Shown here in pieces: positions 31,361 through 41,620 of a stretch of 64,000 bases of DNA (positions within the stretch are counted from its first letter, which is position 1; every line of letters begins with the position of its first letter). This DNA comes from the human T2T-CHM13v2.0 reference genome, Homo sapiens, in assembly GCF_009914755.1 (NCBI RefSeq), contig NC_060930.1. The stretch is one strand, 5' to 3'. The notes under the pieces were generated by a model. It did no database searches. It saw only the letters and a program-made list of their open reading frames with translations, and had not been told where the DNA came from. Made by a program: the position numbers and the translations under genes.

Positions 31361-31784
31361 CTTACTTGGATTATTTGACTCTTAGTAATTTCCTTTCTTT
31401 CTGTGTGGTTGAATTCCAGACAGGAAGGAATCATATTTATTTATCTTATCTGCCCCCCATAATTTCTATCCAGTGTTATACTCACAGTGTGAAATCAGGA
31501 AAGCAGTTTGATTAGTGTGTATTTGGCACTGAGTAAAAACTTTCCTGATGAATAAAAAGCTTAAAAGAAGGGATAAAAAACAAAATAGAGACAATCCTCT
31601 TCTCTGGTTCTCCCTCATCTTCAGTGTGGGTCTGCACATCTGAGCTAGGAGTAAGAAATTGACTCTAGTAGAAGCTCTTGTGAGACTTCCTTATCAGCGA
31701 GCTCAATCATACTCCCCATCCCAGGTAAATGGCTACGTAATGTATCCAGAACACCTTCTTGCTGAAATAATCTCAGTCGGGCAT

Positions 31785-33197
31785 TTGGCTCTAGATCCCT
31801 ATTTGCTGATGACCCTCAGGTTTGCATGTTCAGACCCAGCCCCTCTCTGAACTTCAAATTTGTATAGACAAGTGCCTATGTGATATTTCCATTTGGATGT
31901 CTAATATTCATATTAAATGTATCATGTGCAAAACCAAACCCTTCTTTCCCTAGCCCAGTCTACTTCTTTCATTTTCTTTGCTTCTTAGTAAATGCCACCA
32001 CCACCCACTCACGTATAAAACCTGCAAAATAACCATTAATTTCTTCCTTTCCTTCAACCTCCACTGTTAGACTATCAGCAATTCTGTGTTTTAACTTGAA
32101 AGTTGATCTAAAATCCATCCGCTTCACTCTATCACCTCCATGTCCAGCTTGGTTCAAGCCATTATCATCTCTCATTTCCTAGATGGTTTCACTGTTTCCA
32201 GTCTTTCTCCCACATTTTAAAACATAAATTGGATCACGACTCTGCTCTGCATAGATCAAGACCAATAGCTTCTCATCAGGATAAGATCTATACACCTTAC
32301 CCCAGTGAACAAGGCCCTACGTGATGTGGCCACTGCCTCGTTCTCCAAACTCATGCTATACCATTCTCCTTTTGCTATGGTTGGAATATTTTGTCCCCTC
32401 CAAATTCATGTGTTGGAAGCTTAATTCCCAGTACAACAGGGTTAGGAGGTGGGACCTAATGGGAGATGTTGAGGTCATGAGGATTCGGCCCTCACAAATG
32501 GATTAATGCCATTATAAAAAAGAGTTTATGGTTTTGCTCTCTTCTGGTCGTCAGCCACATGAAGAACAGTGTTCCTCCTCCCTGAAGGATTCAATGTTTA
32601 AGGAACCATCTTGGAAGCAGAGACATGCTCTCACCAGACACCAAACCTGCTGGTGCCTTCATCTTGGACTTTCCAGCTTCCAGAACTGTAAGAAATAAAT
32701 TTTAGTTCTTTATAAATTATCCAGTCTGTTGAATTCTGTTACAGCAGAATACTACAGGACAAAGACGCCCCTTTTTCATTATACTCTGTCCCTAGGCCTT
32801 CTTTCTGTCCTTGAATTGCCCAAGTTCATTCTCACCCCAGGGTCCCTTCCACTTTCTGTACCTGTGCACTGGCTGCCTGTCTGCATGTCTAGTTCTTGTC
32901 ATCTTCCAGATCTTAGCTCACACGTCATTTTCCAGACATGTTTTGCTTGATCATCCCATCTTAAGTAAGATTAACAGTGTGGCCCTCCAAGTCACCCTGT
33001 TAATTTCCTTTATTGCATCCAACACTATCTGAACTACCTCATCTGCTTCCCTGCTCCTTTTTTGCCTGTGCCCACATACCAGAATGTAACCCTCATTAGG
33101 GCAGGACAGAGGATTTGCCTCGCTGCTACATCCCAGCACCTGAAACAATGCTTGGCACATAACAGGCTCTCAGGAAATATTTGTTGAATTAATGAAT
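31785..33197 (+). mobile_element. L2 (L2a-like) from RT catalytic region to 3' end, split by an MST LTR
   Basis: 31799-31822 reads LFADDPQV (cf. L2 LYADDSQI); 3' end CCCAGCACCTGAAACAATGCTTGGCACATAACAGGCTCTCAGGAAATATTTGTTGAATTAATGAAT. Confidence 0.85.
32373..32767 (+). mobile_element. ERVL-MaLR solo LTR (MSTC/MSTD-like)
   Basis: TGCTATGGTTGGAATATTTTGTCCCCTCCAAATTCATGTGTTG...CCATCTTGGAAGCAGAGA...CCAGAACTGTAAGAAATAAAT...TATAAATTATCCAGTC. Confidence 0.9.
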
Positions 33198-33469
33198 CGT
33201 TGAATATGTTCTCACCCAAGTTTTTTAGACTTGTTTTAAAGAGTGGGAGGATAAAGTGAAATAAGTAGCTCTAAGACAATTATCAACTTCACTCTATAGG
33301 AAAGGAGAGAGCCTTGCTGAACTGAAAGTGACATTGTCGTTGCTTAGGTATGAAATTGACACTATTTCTGAAAAAGTTCTTTGGTGTTCTTTATTTCAGA
33401 CACAGCCAGGCCTGGAAAATAGGGGATTCACTGTGTGTTTTGTGCAGAATGGATAACAAAATTAATAAT

Positions 33470-33690
33470 AACATTAGTGATAACAGCTTATATTTACGTA
33501 AGTGTTTGCTGTGCATTGGGTACTGTTCTAAGCATTTTAATCCTGATAGTAACCCTTGCTTAGGTACTGTTATTAGTCTCCTTTTAACAGATGTGTAAAC
33601 TGAGGCTCGGAGAGTTTAAGCCATGGCTAGTCAATGTCAGAACTCTGATTCTCACTTTGGGAGTCCGGCTCCCCAGACGCTGTGCTGCCT
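33470..33690 (-). mobile_element. MIR
   Basis: TACTGTTCTAAGCATTTTA...TAGGTACTGTTATTAGTCTCCTTTTAACAGATGTGTAAACTGAGGCTCGGAGAG. Confidence 0.78.
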
Positions 33691-34789
33691 CTACTAATAA
33701 ATACATCTTTTTGATCATGGTGCAAGTGACTGGTGAAATCGATGGGCAAATTCGACTTTCCTTTAAGGTTTGCCAGTAGGTCTGAATGCTCCTTAGAGAC
33801 CGTCTTGAAACGTGTTAGCCAGCCCAGAAAGCCTGTGCTTGGGGCTTTGGAGTCCAGGGCTTCCAGGCAGAGCTCTATGCTACCTTCCTTCCCAGTCTCT
33901 GGACACCTATTTGAATCTCTCTGACTGACACATTTCCTTGCTAAACCTTTACAATCACTCAGACTCAACCAGTGTCGGCATTCTGGTCTGCCATGCCAAC
34001 GTGACACCATGCTGGGTACTTGGGCATGCGTGGTTGGTATTACCTTAGGTACCTACATTTTTTGCTCTCCCACCTTCCTGTGGCATCTATCCCATTTTTG
34101 GAATTAGTGTGCTCCCTTCATGTTGCTGCTTTGGATTCATCAAATCTCTGAAATAACACCTGGCCACTACCTCTACTTTAAGGCTGGCTCATTCGAGAAG
34201 GCCTGTTTTAAAAGGTCAGTGTTGTTATTAGTGGAGAACAGCAGTAGCAAAAGCAGAACAGAGTCGGAGTATCAGTGCTCTGGTCAGAAACTCCCTGGGG
34301 ATCGGAGCAGAAGAAAGTGCATGGAACCCTTTCTTGGCACATTGCTGGACCATGGACTTGATGCAATAATCTGTAAAAGCACACCCATAATACATGCAGT
34401 AGTCACAGATTTCTTCTCCCTCCTGCTGGAATACTGAGTTGGGAAAATCTTCCGAGCCTGAGCTGGCATGTTGCTAGCGAGGCAGAGATTTCAGGTGAGA
34501 AGTAAATGTGCAGAGCGGATGCAGTGACCTTTCTTATTTGCAGTGTTTTCATTCTGCAGCTTGCACGGCAGGGACCCTGACATCAGAGGCTCTGATGGCC
34601 CGAGGCTGTGTTGGAGAGGAGATAAATTAGCCTGCCCTACTTCCAGAGGCTCGAGTAATCTACGTGCAGCACGGAACCTGGGCAGGGCAAGATGTGTGTG
34701 GATGAGCGACCTCTCGTGGCTGGTAGTGGGAGCTGCATCGCCTGTTCCGACCGGCTGGAGGAAAGTAGAGGGGACCCTGGGTCACACCA

Positions 34790-35070
34790 TGGTCTGTGTA
34801 CCCAGTCCGGTCCTGGGTGTTAGGGAGGATTCAAAGGAATTACACACAGGCAAATCTAAGGAGCTTATCCTCTGACCTGGGGAAATAAAAGGAACATACG
34901 GTTTCTCTATCGACTTGAGGTCATAAGAGTTTCCTAGAAGGGAGAGACCCACACGGATCAGAGTAATCCAGGAAGCTGAGCCTAGAAGGATGATTGGACT
35001 TCAGATAAAAAGAGGGAGGGCATTCTGGGATAGGAGAAGAGCACAAACAAATCAGGCAGGAAGAAAAACC
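34790..35070 (-). mobile_element. L2 3' fragment
   Basis: AAGGAGCTTATCCTCTG...GAGCCTAGAAGGATGATTGGA...GGAGGGCATTCTGGGATAGGAGAAGAGCACAAACAAA. Confidence 0.55.
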
Positions 35071-35312
35071 TTGATGACATAGAACAAAGATTTTGAATGA
35101 AAAAAAAAAAATGTTGAATAGTTTGGGGTTTATAGATGCAACTGAAAACCAAGCGATGTGGTAGGGAAACCAGGAATAGAAGGTCCTGCCCTCATAAGCC
35201 TTCGTAAAAGACCTCCTCAGGTCTCCGCTGCAGAAAAATAGCCTCACCACGCAGCCTGGGCTGCTCTTTCTGCCCCAGCGTTTGGTGCGTTGTGGACCTA
35301 TCATGACAAAAT

Positions 35313-36020
35313 CAGGGTTGCAAGCTCAAATGCCACCGGGGCCTAACAGTTAACGTGAATGCATAAAACAGACTGGGTGGGGGATTCTGGCATTTCCGAG
35401 ATGTCGACTTCAATTTTAAATTTTTCGGTGACATTTAGACAGCCTAGAGTCATGACTAGGGTTGGAAGTAGTGGAGGCTGTAACAAAAATAGGAGGGCTT
35501 GGGCCTCTTTACAATAGGCAGCAATGACTCAGCTCTGGCCGGTGCTACCGTCAGGGATATTGCCAAGTATTCCAGGTATTCAGTAGAAGCATATACATTA
35601 TGTAAAATGTAATGGAAAATCTCCCCATGTTTAAATGTTGGATCGACTTTTTTTTTTTTTTTTTTTTTGAGACAGAGTTTCACTCCTGTTGCCCAGGCTG
35701 GAGTGCAATGGCAAGATCTTGGGTCACTGCAACCTCCGCCTCCCAGTTCAAGCAATTCTCCTGCCTCAGCCTTCCAAGTAGCTGGGATTACAGGCGCCCA
35801 TCACCACATCTGGCTAATTTTTGTGTTTTTAGTAGATACGGGGTTTCACCAAGTTGGCCAGGCTGGTCTTGAACTCCTGACCTCAGGTGATCTGCCCACC
35901 TCGGCCTCCCAAAGTGCTGGAATTACAGGCATAAGCCACCGCGCCCGGCCTGGATCAACTTTTGAAAACATAGTATGGATCAGAAAAACCATTTGGCCTG
36001 CAAATTGTCACTTTATAAAT
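35313..36020. mobile_element. MER102-like hAT-Charlie element split by an Alu
   Basis: CAGGGTTGCAAGCTCAAATGCC...TAACGTGAATG, ACTCAGCTCTGGCCG, AAATCTCCC..TTTAAATGTTGG; resumes after the Alu. Confidence 0.7.
35648..35950 (-). mobile_element. AluSp/Sq, full length with TSD
   Basis: GAGTTTCACTCCTGTTGCCCAGGCTGGAGTGCAATGG diagnostic; TSD TGGATCGACTTTT (35639-35651) / TGGATCAACTTTT (35951-35963). Confidence 0.96.
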
Positions 36021-36179
36021 GGGGATTTGGATTAATCAGGTTTATTCTGGAAAAGAAAATTTTAAAACACTGAATTAAGTAGATTCTTATGTTTGGAGGA
36101 GAGCTATGGACGCTGGTGGCTGCTTTCATTTCTTTTTGGTGAGAGCCGAAAGTGTTTTTTCTCTGATGGGTTCCTTGAA

Positions 36180-36334
36180 AAGGGCTCGGGCTGAGGTCAG
36201 GAGCCTTTTGCTCCTGTTGTCTCTCTGCCTCTTGTTAGCAAGTTGGGGTAACTTTTCTGAGTTTCTGTTTACTCATCAGTGAAATTGGCAATCTAATTCC
36301 AGGTCCTTTTAGCTCAAACATTCTGACTCCTAAG
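36180..36334 (+). mobile_element. MIR3 fragment
   Basis: CTGTTTACTCATCAGTGAAAT core and tail AGGTCCTTTTAGCTCAAACATTCTGACTC. Confidence 0.6.
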
Positions 36335-36487
36335 GCACCATCTAGATCTAAAATGCCACAATTCTTATTCCGAGCTGGAAGCACATGTGCTTTCCAGCTG
36401 ACCTCACCTTACCTTATGCTCAGAGAGAGTTGCATTTTGTGTGCTAGCCTCCTGTGATCCTTCAAGAAAGGCAGTGTAATGTAGCAA

Positions 36488-36672
36488 AGTCATCGTCAAC
36501 CTTGGCCACACATTGGAATAAACTGGAGAGTTCTGCAACAAACCCAATGTCAGGCCCCATTCTGAACCACCCAGACAAAGGGAAGTGGCCTCTGGGGATG
36601 GGCCCCAGGCATGGAGCTGTTTTCATGACTCCCTCAGTGAGTGTCATGGGCAGCCAGGATTGTGAATCAATG
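36488..36672. mobile_element. MER5B-like
   Basis: TCAACCTTGGCCACACATTGGAAT...TCTGGGGATGGGCCCCAGGCAT...GCAGCCAGGATTGTGAATCAATG. Confidence 0.65.
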
Positions 36673-36694
36673 GTGTGGGCAGAAGTAGGCATTT

Positions 36695-37202
36695 GACCCG
36701 GTCTCTGGAATCTGAAAAAGCTGAGCAGCAGCAATGCACATTGGAATCTGAGGCAAAAGGGAAAATGTGGCCTCCTATACACACTTATCAAAACATCCAC
36801 CCCTATTCTGAACAAAATGGAAAAAGTTAATAAAATCTCTACAATCAGAAATCAATGACTATATATAAAGCCTGTGTTGCCCAATCTGTTCATGCACTAT
36901 TGTCAACACTCATCAACCTGGCTGGGTACTCCATATCCATGTGATGCCATGGAGCCGTGGACTCATCAGACAGGCTGATTCCCATTGCACAATAATACAG
37001 CGTCATAAATCAAGCCAAGGACAGCAGCCTGTCGTCTTTACTTAAAATGATGAAAGTTTGCTCATTATGGGTATTCTTGCATTCATCTTAATTTTTTCAA
37101 ATACTGAATTCAGATATTATTTATCTTGATTACTAAATGTTTTGCTGCTCTCTTCAATTTTACACCCACATTGAGTAACTCACTCATCCCTCCCTAATCC
37201 TG
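36695..37202. mobile_element. hAT-Tip100 element (MER96B-like)
   Basis: CTGAGGCAAAAGGGAAAAT near the left end; ATATTATTTATCTTGATTACT...AATTTTACACCC...CTCACTCATCCCTCCCTAATCCTG at the right end. Confidence 0.6.
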
Positions 37203-37385
37203 GGTTCAAATGCTGTCTCTGCCTGGGTAAGTTACTTAGCCAGTCTAAGCCTCCACTTACTCTTGCATAAGAGGCAATCTTAACCTCTTTTATAGAGTTG
37301 TGAAGATTAAATGAGGTAATGTAGTAAAGAGCTTAGCACCAACTGGGAGCTCTCGAATACACTAATATGTGTTGGCTAATGTTAC
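37199..37385 (+). mobile_element. MIR
   Basis: CCTGGGTTCAAATGCTG...AGTTACTTAGC...GTTGTGAAGATTAAATGAGGTAATGTAGTAAAGAGCTTAGCAC. Confidence 0.75.
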
Positions 37386-37874
37386 ATACAAAGATTATGT
37401 AATACTATGGTTATCATAGGTGCGATTTGTCTGTTTATTCCAAGACAGCTGGCTCACCTGGGGTTTCCCAGTTCTCTGTGGTTATAGAATTGGGGGTGTC
37501 TCAACATCATAAACTGTCTCCAGCCAGTGCCATCTAGATTAGTGGCATTCAAGCTCTTCCACACAAACCCCCAAATCCAAAAACAACCAGTTATTATTCA
37601 TAGCCAAACCATGACTATATAAATTGACTAAAAGGCATAATTATTTTAATCTATTCTATATATTTGGCTCTGTGCAAATTTAATTTTAAAAGAAACGTAA
37701 TCAATTTGAAGAAAAAGTTACATATACTTAAAATGTTTGAAGACTACACTTCTGGATCGTGTTTTCAAAGTTTAATGTCCCGAAGATTCAGCTGGTGGCC
37801 TTGTTACATGTAGATTCTGATTCAGTAGGTGGGTGGTGAGGCCTGAGCCTCTGCATTTGGAGCAAGCTCTCAAG

Positions 37875-38246
37875 TAGGACTGGCTACATAATTTGTGGAG
37901 CCCAGTGCAAAATACAGGACTCCTTGTTCAAAAATCATTAACAATTCCAAGATGGCGATGACAAAGCACTAAAGCAAGTGGTTAGTGGTTTAGTGGTTTC
38001 TCAAATCAACAGGAAAAATACAGAAACGCCAATAGAAATTGGACAAAAAGTATAAACTATAATTTTATGAAAACGCAGAGCTGGGCAAAGTAGCTCACAC
38101 CTGTAATCCCAGCACTTTAGGAGGCCAAGACAGGCAGATCGCTTGAGCCCCAGAGTTCAAGACCAGGCTGGGCAACAGTCTCAAACAGTTCCTGAGCGCA
38201 AAGCCCTACACCTCTGCTCAGGTCATGTGCCAGGAAGCCAGTGCTG
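37875..38246 (-). mobile_element. MER45A (hAT-Tip100) with 8 bp TSD, interrupted at ~37981-38188
   Basis: AGGACTGGCTACATAATTTGTGGAGCCCAGTGCAAAAT...CCTTGTTCAAAAATCATTAACAATTCCAAGATGGCG...CTGAGCGCA...GAAGCCAGTGCTG; TSD CTCTCAAG (37867-37874) / CTCTCAGG (38247-38254). Confidence 0.85.
37997..38177 (+). other. Inverted duplicate of the L1ME/AluJ junction at 40827-41008 (L1 piece plus Alu left-arm piece, no poly-A)
   Basis: Aligns by eye to the reverse complement of 40827-41008, including the same L1-to-Alu junction. Confidence 0.85.
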
Positions 38247-38305
38247 CTCTCAGGCAATGCTGATGTTGCTGGTTCAAGGCATACTTTGAGTAGCGAGAGT
38301 CAAAA

Positions 38306-38502
38306 CATCATTGTCCAAGAGAACTTTTTGTGATCACGGAAATATGTTCTATCTGTGCTGTTCAGTACAGTAGCCACTTAACCACATGGGGCTATTGAGC
38401 ACTTGAAATGAAGCTGGTGTGACTGCAACGAACGTTTTATTGAATTTTAATTAAATTTAAATGGCCCCATGTATCTGGTGGCTGCTGTAGCAGACAGCAC
38501 TA
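38306..38502. mobile_element. MER3 (hAT-Charlie)
   Basis: TGTCCAAGAGAACTTTTTGTGAT..GGAAAT...TATCTGTGCTGTTCAGTACAGTAGCCACT...GGCTATTGAGCACTTGAAATG...AATTTAAATGGCC. Confidence 0.88.
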
Positions 38503-38734
38503 TTTGGACGTCAACTTTGTCCAGCAGGACAGCTTCTTACTTTAGCAAATTGTCAGTTTCCAAATTGACTACAGAGCATTACAGTCAAGGGGGGTCAGAC
38601 CAGATCCTTTTCTTTATGTTTTAATACATCTATTTAAACTTAAAAAAAAATCTGACAGGTAGTAAATGCTACTCCAAATAGTCTCATGGAAAAGACATGG
38701 CCCAAGCTGGCAGATAATAATTTTTCACATGTAC

Positions 38735-38737
<3 letters not shown>

Positions 38738-38781
<44 letters not shown>
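38738..38781. repeat. (AT)22 microsatellite
   Basis: Directly visible. Confidence 0.97.
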
Positions 38782-38783
<2 letters not shown>

Positions 38784-39250
38784 CTAATTTACTGTAGAAA
38801 ATATTGGCAATTCATATGTTAAAAGTTTCTTGTCTCCTCTCATAAGAAATGATTGACAGCCTTTAAGTGCTGTCTGTGTCTCTTAAAACAAAAGTGACTG
38901 ACATTCTTCAAGCAGACACACTTTTCTGCAGCCTTGGATGTGACTTGCTCTCCCTAATGTGAAGGTGGTTTTCAAGCATCCTTGCTGCTTCTTAGGCTTT
39001 TAACCCTCTGTGGTCAGACGCCTTGTGGCTGGTAGTTAGAATGAGCCTGTACAGGGAGGCAAGACCCGCCTGAGTGCCACCAGGCCTGCTATGATGAAAC
39101 AAAGAGGTACTTCAATTCTGAAGGATTTTTTTTTTTAATTTGGGCTGAGTGAAATCTCCAAATTACTAATCTCCAGAGGGGTTTTCTGATTTCCAAACTT
39201 TGTTCAGGACTTTAAACTTTCTTTTTGAAACAGGATTAGTGTGGCACTCA

Positions 39251-39807
39251 GTGAGAGAGATAAAGGGAAGAGGGAGGGAGAAAGGGGGAGAAGAAAGAAA
39301 GAAAGAAGAAAAGAAACAGAGAAAGAAAGAAGAAGAAGAAGAAAGAAAGAAAAGAGAGGGGGGAGGGAGAGAGAGAAAGAAAAAGAAAGAAGGAAAGAAA
39401 GAAAGAAAAGAGAGGGAGGGAAGGAGAGAGAGAGAAAGAAAGAAAGAGAGAAAGAGGAAGAAAGAAAGAGAAAGAAAAGAGAGGGAGGGAGAGAGAGAGA
39501 AAGAAAAGAAAGAAAAGAAAGGGAGGGAGAGAGAAAGAAAGAAAAGAAAAAGAAAGAAAGAAAGGAAAGAAAAGAGAGAGGGGAAGGAAGGAAGGAAAGA
39601 AAGAAAGAAAGAAAAAGAAGGAAGGAGAAAGAAAGGAGGGAGGGAAGGAAGGAGGGAGGGGAAGGAAGGAAGGAAGGAAGGGTAGATGGAAGAGAGGGGA
39701 AGGTAGATGGAATAGAGGGAAGAGAGAGAGTAGGAGGAGCAGGAAGAGAGAAAGAGGGAGGAGGAGAGAGACAAAGGGAGAGAAAAACCGAGAGAGAAGA
39801 GAGAAAA
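39251..39807. repeat. GA-rich low-complexity polypurine tract
   Basis: Mixed GAAA/GAGA/GGAA/GGGA units; no pyrimidine on + between 39318 and 39682. Confidence 0.97.
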
Positions 39808-40319
39808 ACATCTGACTTCTTGAGTCAAAGAAGATGCTATCAGAAGGCTGGGCAACCAGGAAGGAGGGAAGGAGTGTGAGAAGGGGCTCGTTTAAGAATA
39901 ACAGTCTAAAACCAAAGTTCTACCCAGCAAGAATGTGTAAGTACCAAGGAAAACAGCCCTTGGTTTCTGTGACAGTTTTTTCTCTGGATCTGTAGTTAGT
40001 TCGTGGCTCTTGACATCAAAGCATAAAACACAGGAAGGATTAAACATTCTCCAAGTGCTCACTGCTTAGCAGCCCCGAGATACAATACTTAGACATCTAA
40101 CACTTGGACACAGACCCAGGAATCTATGAGAAGTTAGGAGTGACAGGACAGTGGGGGAAAGGAGGTGTTATTCAAAAGGGTTAGGTCAACTGGCCAAACA
40201 TTTGGAGAAAATAAATATTGCTAAATACTTACACTTTACAACAAAATAAATCCCAGATGGATGAAATATTTGTGTGTTAAAAATAAACAAAAACCCAAAC
40301 TATGAAAGTGTTGGTAAAA

Positions 40320-41620
40320 AAGTGGAGTTTCTGGGACAGGAGCATTGTAGGCACTTAATTTCACCAAGAACTGCCAGATTGCTCTCCCGAATGGCTGCCA
40401 CCCTTCCATTGCAAGTGCAAGAAGGGGTCTGTGCCTCCAAATCCACACCAACATCTGAGATTGTCTAGTTTCTGGTTTCTGCATTCTAATAAGCTCATTA
40501 GTGTTTTAAAATGCATTTCTCTGATTACAAGTGAATTTGAACATCTCTTTATACACTTGTTAATTTTGGGAAGTTTCTATTTCCTTTTATTTTATTTTAT
40601 TTTATTTTATTTTATTTTATTTTATTTTATTTTATTTTATTTTGAGATAGAGTATCACGCTGTCACTCAGGCTGGAGTGCAGTGGCATAATCTCGGTTGA
40701 CTGCAAACTCTGCCTCCTGGGCTCAAGCCATCCTCCCACCTCAGCCTCCCCAGTAGCTGAAACTACAGGTGCAAGCCATCACGCTGGGCTAATTTTTGTA
40801 TTTCTTGTAGAGACAGAGTTTCACCATGTTTCCCAGGCTGGTCTCGAACTCTTGGGCTCAAATGATCTACCCTCCTCGGCCTCTGAAAGTATTGGGATTA
40901 CAGGCATGAGCCACTTCGCCCAGCCCTGCATTTTTGTAAAATGCCAGTTTATATTTTTTTGCCAAATTTTTATTAGAGTTTCTGTATTTTTCCGGTTGAT
41001 GTAAGAAAGTTCCTTGTATGTTCTAGATATCGGTCTCTTGTTAGTTTAGGGTCTGCAAAGATCATTTTACTCTTTGTCATCCACTAACTTTGTCTATGTT
41101 CATCTTGGTCGAAGTCCTTCATGTTGGTGCAGTGAGCTTCCTCTCACACAGGTCCCTAAGCAAATGCAGTGTTTGTTGTTTACAGTGGTGGAAGCTGGAG
41201 GTGAGCAGTGCGTCCATTCCTGGGAGGGCTATTGGGTGAAATGTGGGGCATGCATACTACCGAGGGCCAAGCAGAAGTTAGTAGCAATGGACCCGAGGCA
41301 CACTAACATCAAGGAGGGACCCTAAAAATGTAGTCCTGAGCAAAACATGTAAGACACAGAATAAGATATACAACGCAATATCACTTATGCCACTTAAAAT
41401 GTGTGAGCATTATACAATACATATTTAGCAAAAACAAATGCATACAAAAAGATACATATTTAACACATTGGACTGGTTGTATGGGGAGACTGGAATAGGA
41501 AACATGGATAAAAGGGATTTTAAAAAGTAAAGAGGGACCTAGGAAGATTAACTACCGATAATGTCTTAGGAAATGAGGAATATAATTAACTGCACCAACT
41601 GCACCTGTGGACCTTACAAT
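40320..41620. mobile_element. Inner L1ME-type element with 5' inversion: antisense ~40320-41120, sense 3' part ~41140-41620
   Basis: Antisense part ATGCATTTCTCTGATTACAAGTGAATTTGAACATCT...; sense part starts CTCTCACACAGGTCCCTAAG, just downstream in L1 of where the antisense part's left end maps. Confidence 0.7.
40585..40925 (-). mobile_element. AluJ (Jb-like) with (TTTTA)n tail
   Basis: CCTGGGCTCAAGCCATCCTCCCACCTCAGCC and CTTGGGCTCAAATGATC J-type diagnostics; pentamer tail 40585-40643. Confidence 0.95.

Larger units (their letters stand above)
37757..38298. mobile_element. MER5A1 split by MER45A (halves ~37757-37874 and ~38247-38298)
   Basis: TTCAAAGTTTAATGT...CTTGTTACATGTAGATTCTGATTCAGTAGGT...GGCCTGAGCCTCTGCATTT..CAAGCTCTCA then CAGGCAATGCTGATGTTGCTGGTTC...ACTTTGAGTAGC. 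Confidence 0.82.

Noticed and set aside
39166-39879. Four long ORFs (161-229 aa) rich in E/R/K or S/L/F
   Set aside because: Artefacts of the polypurine tract, which cannot contain stop codons; no coding signal
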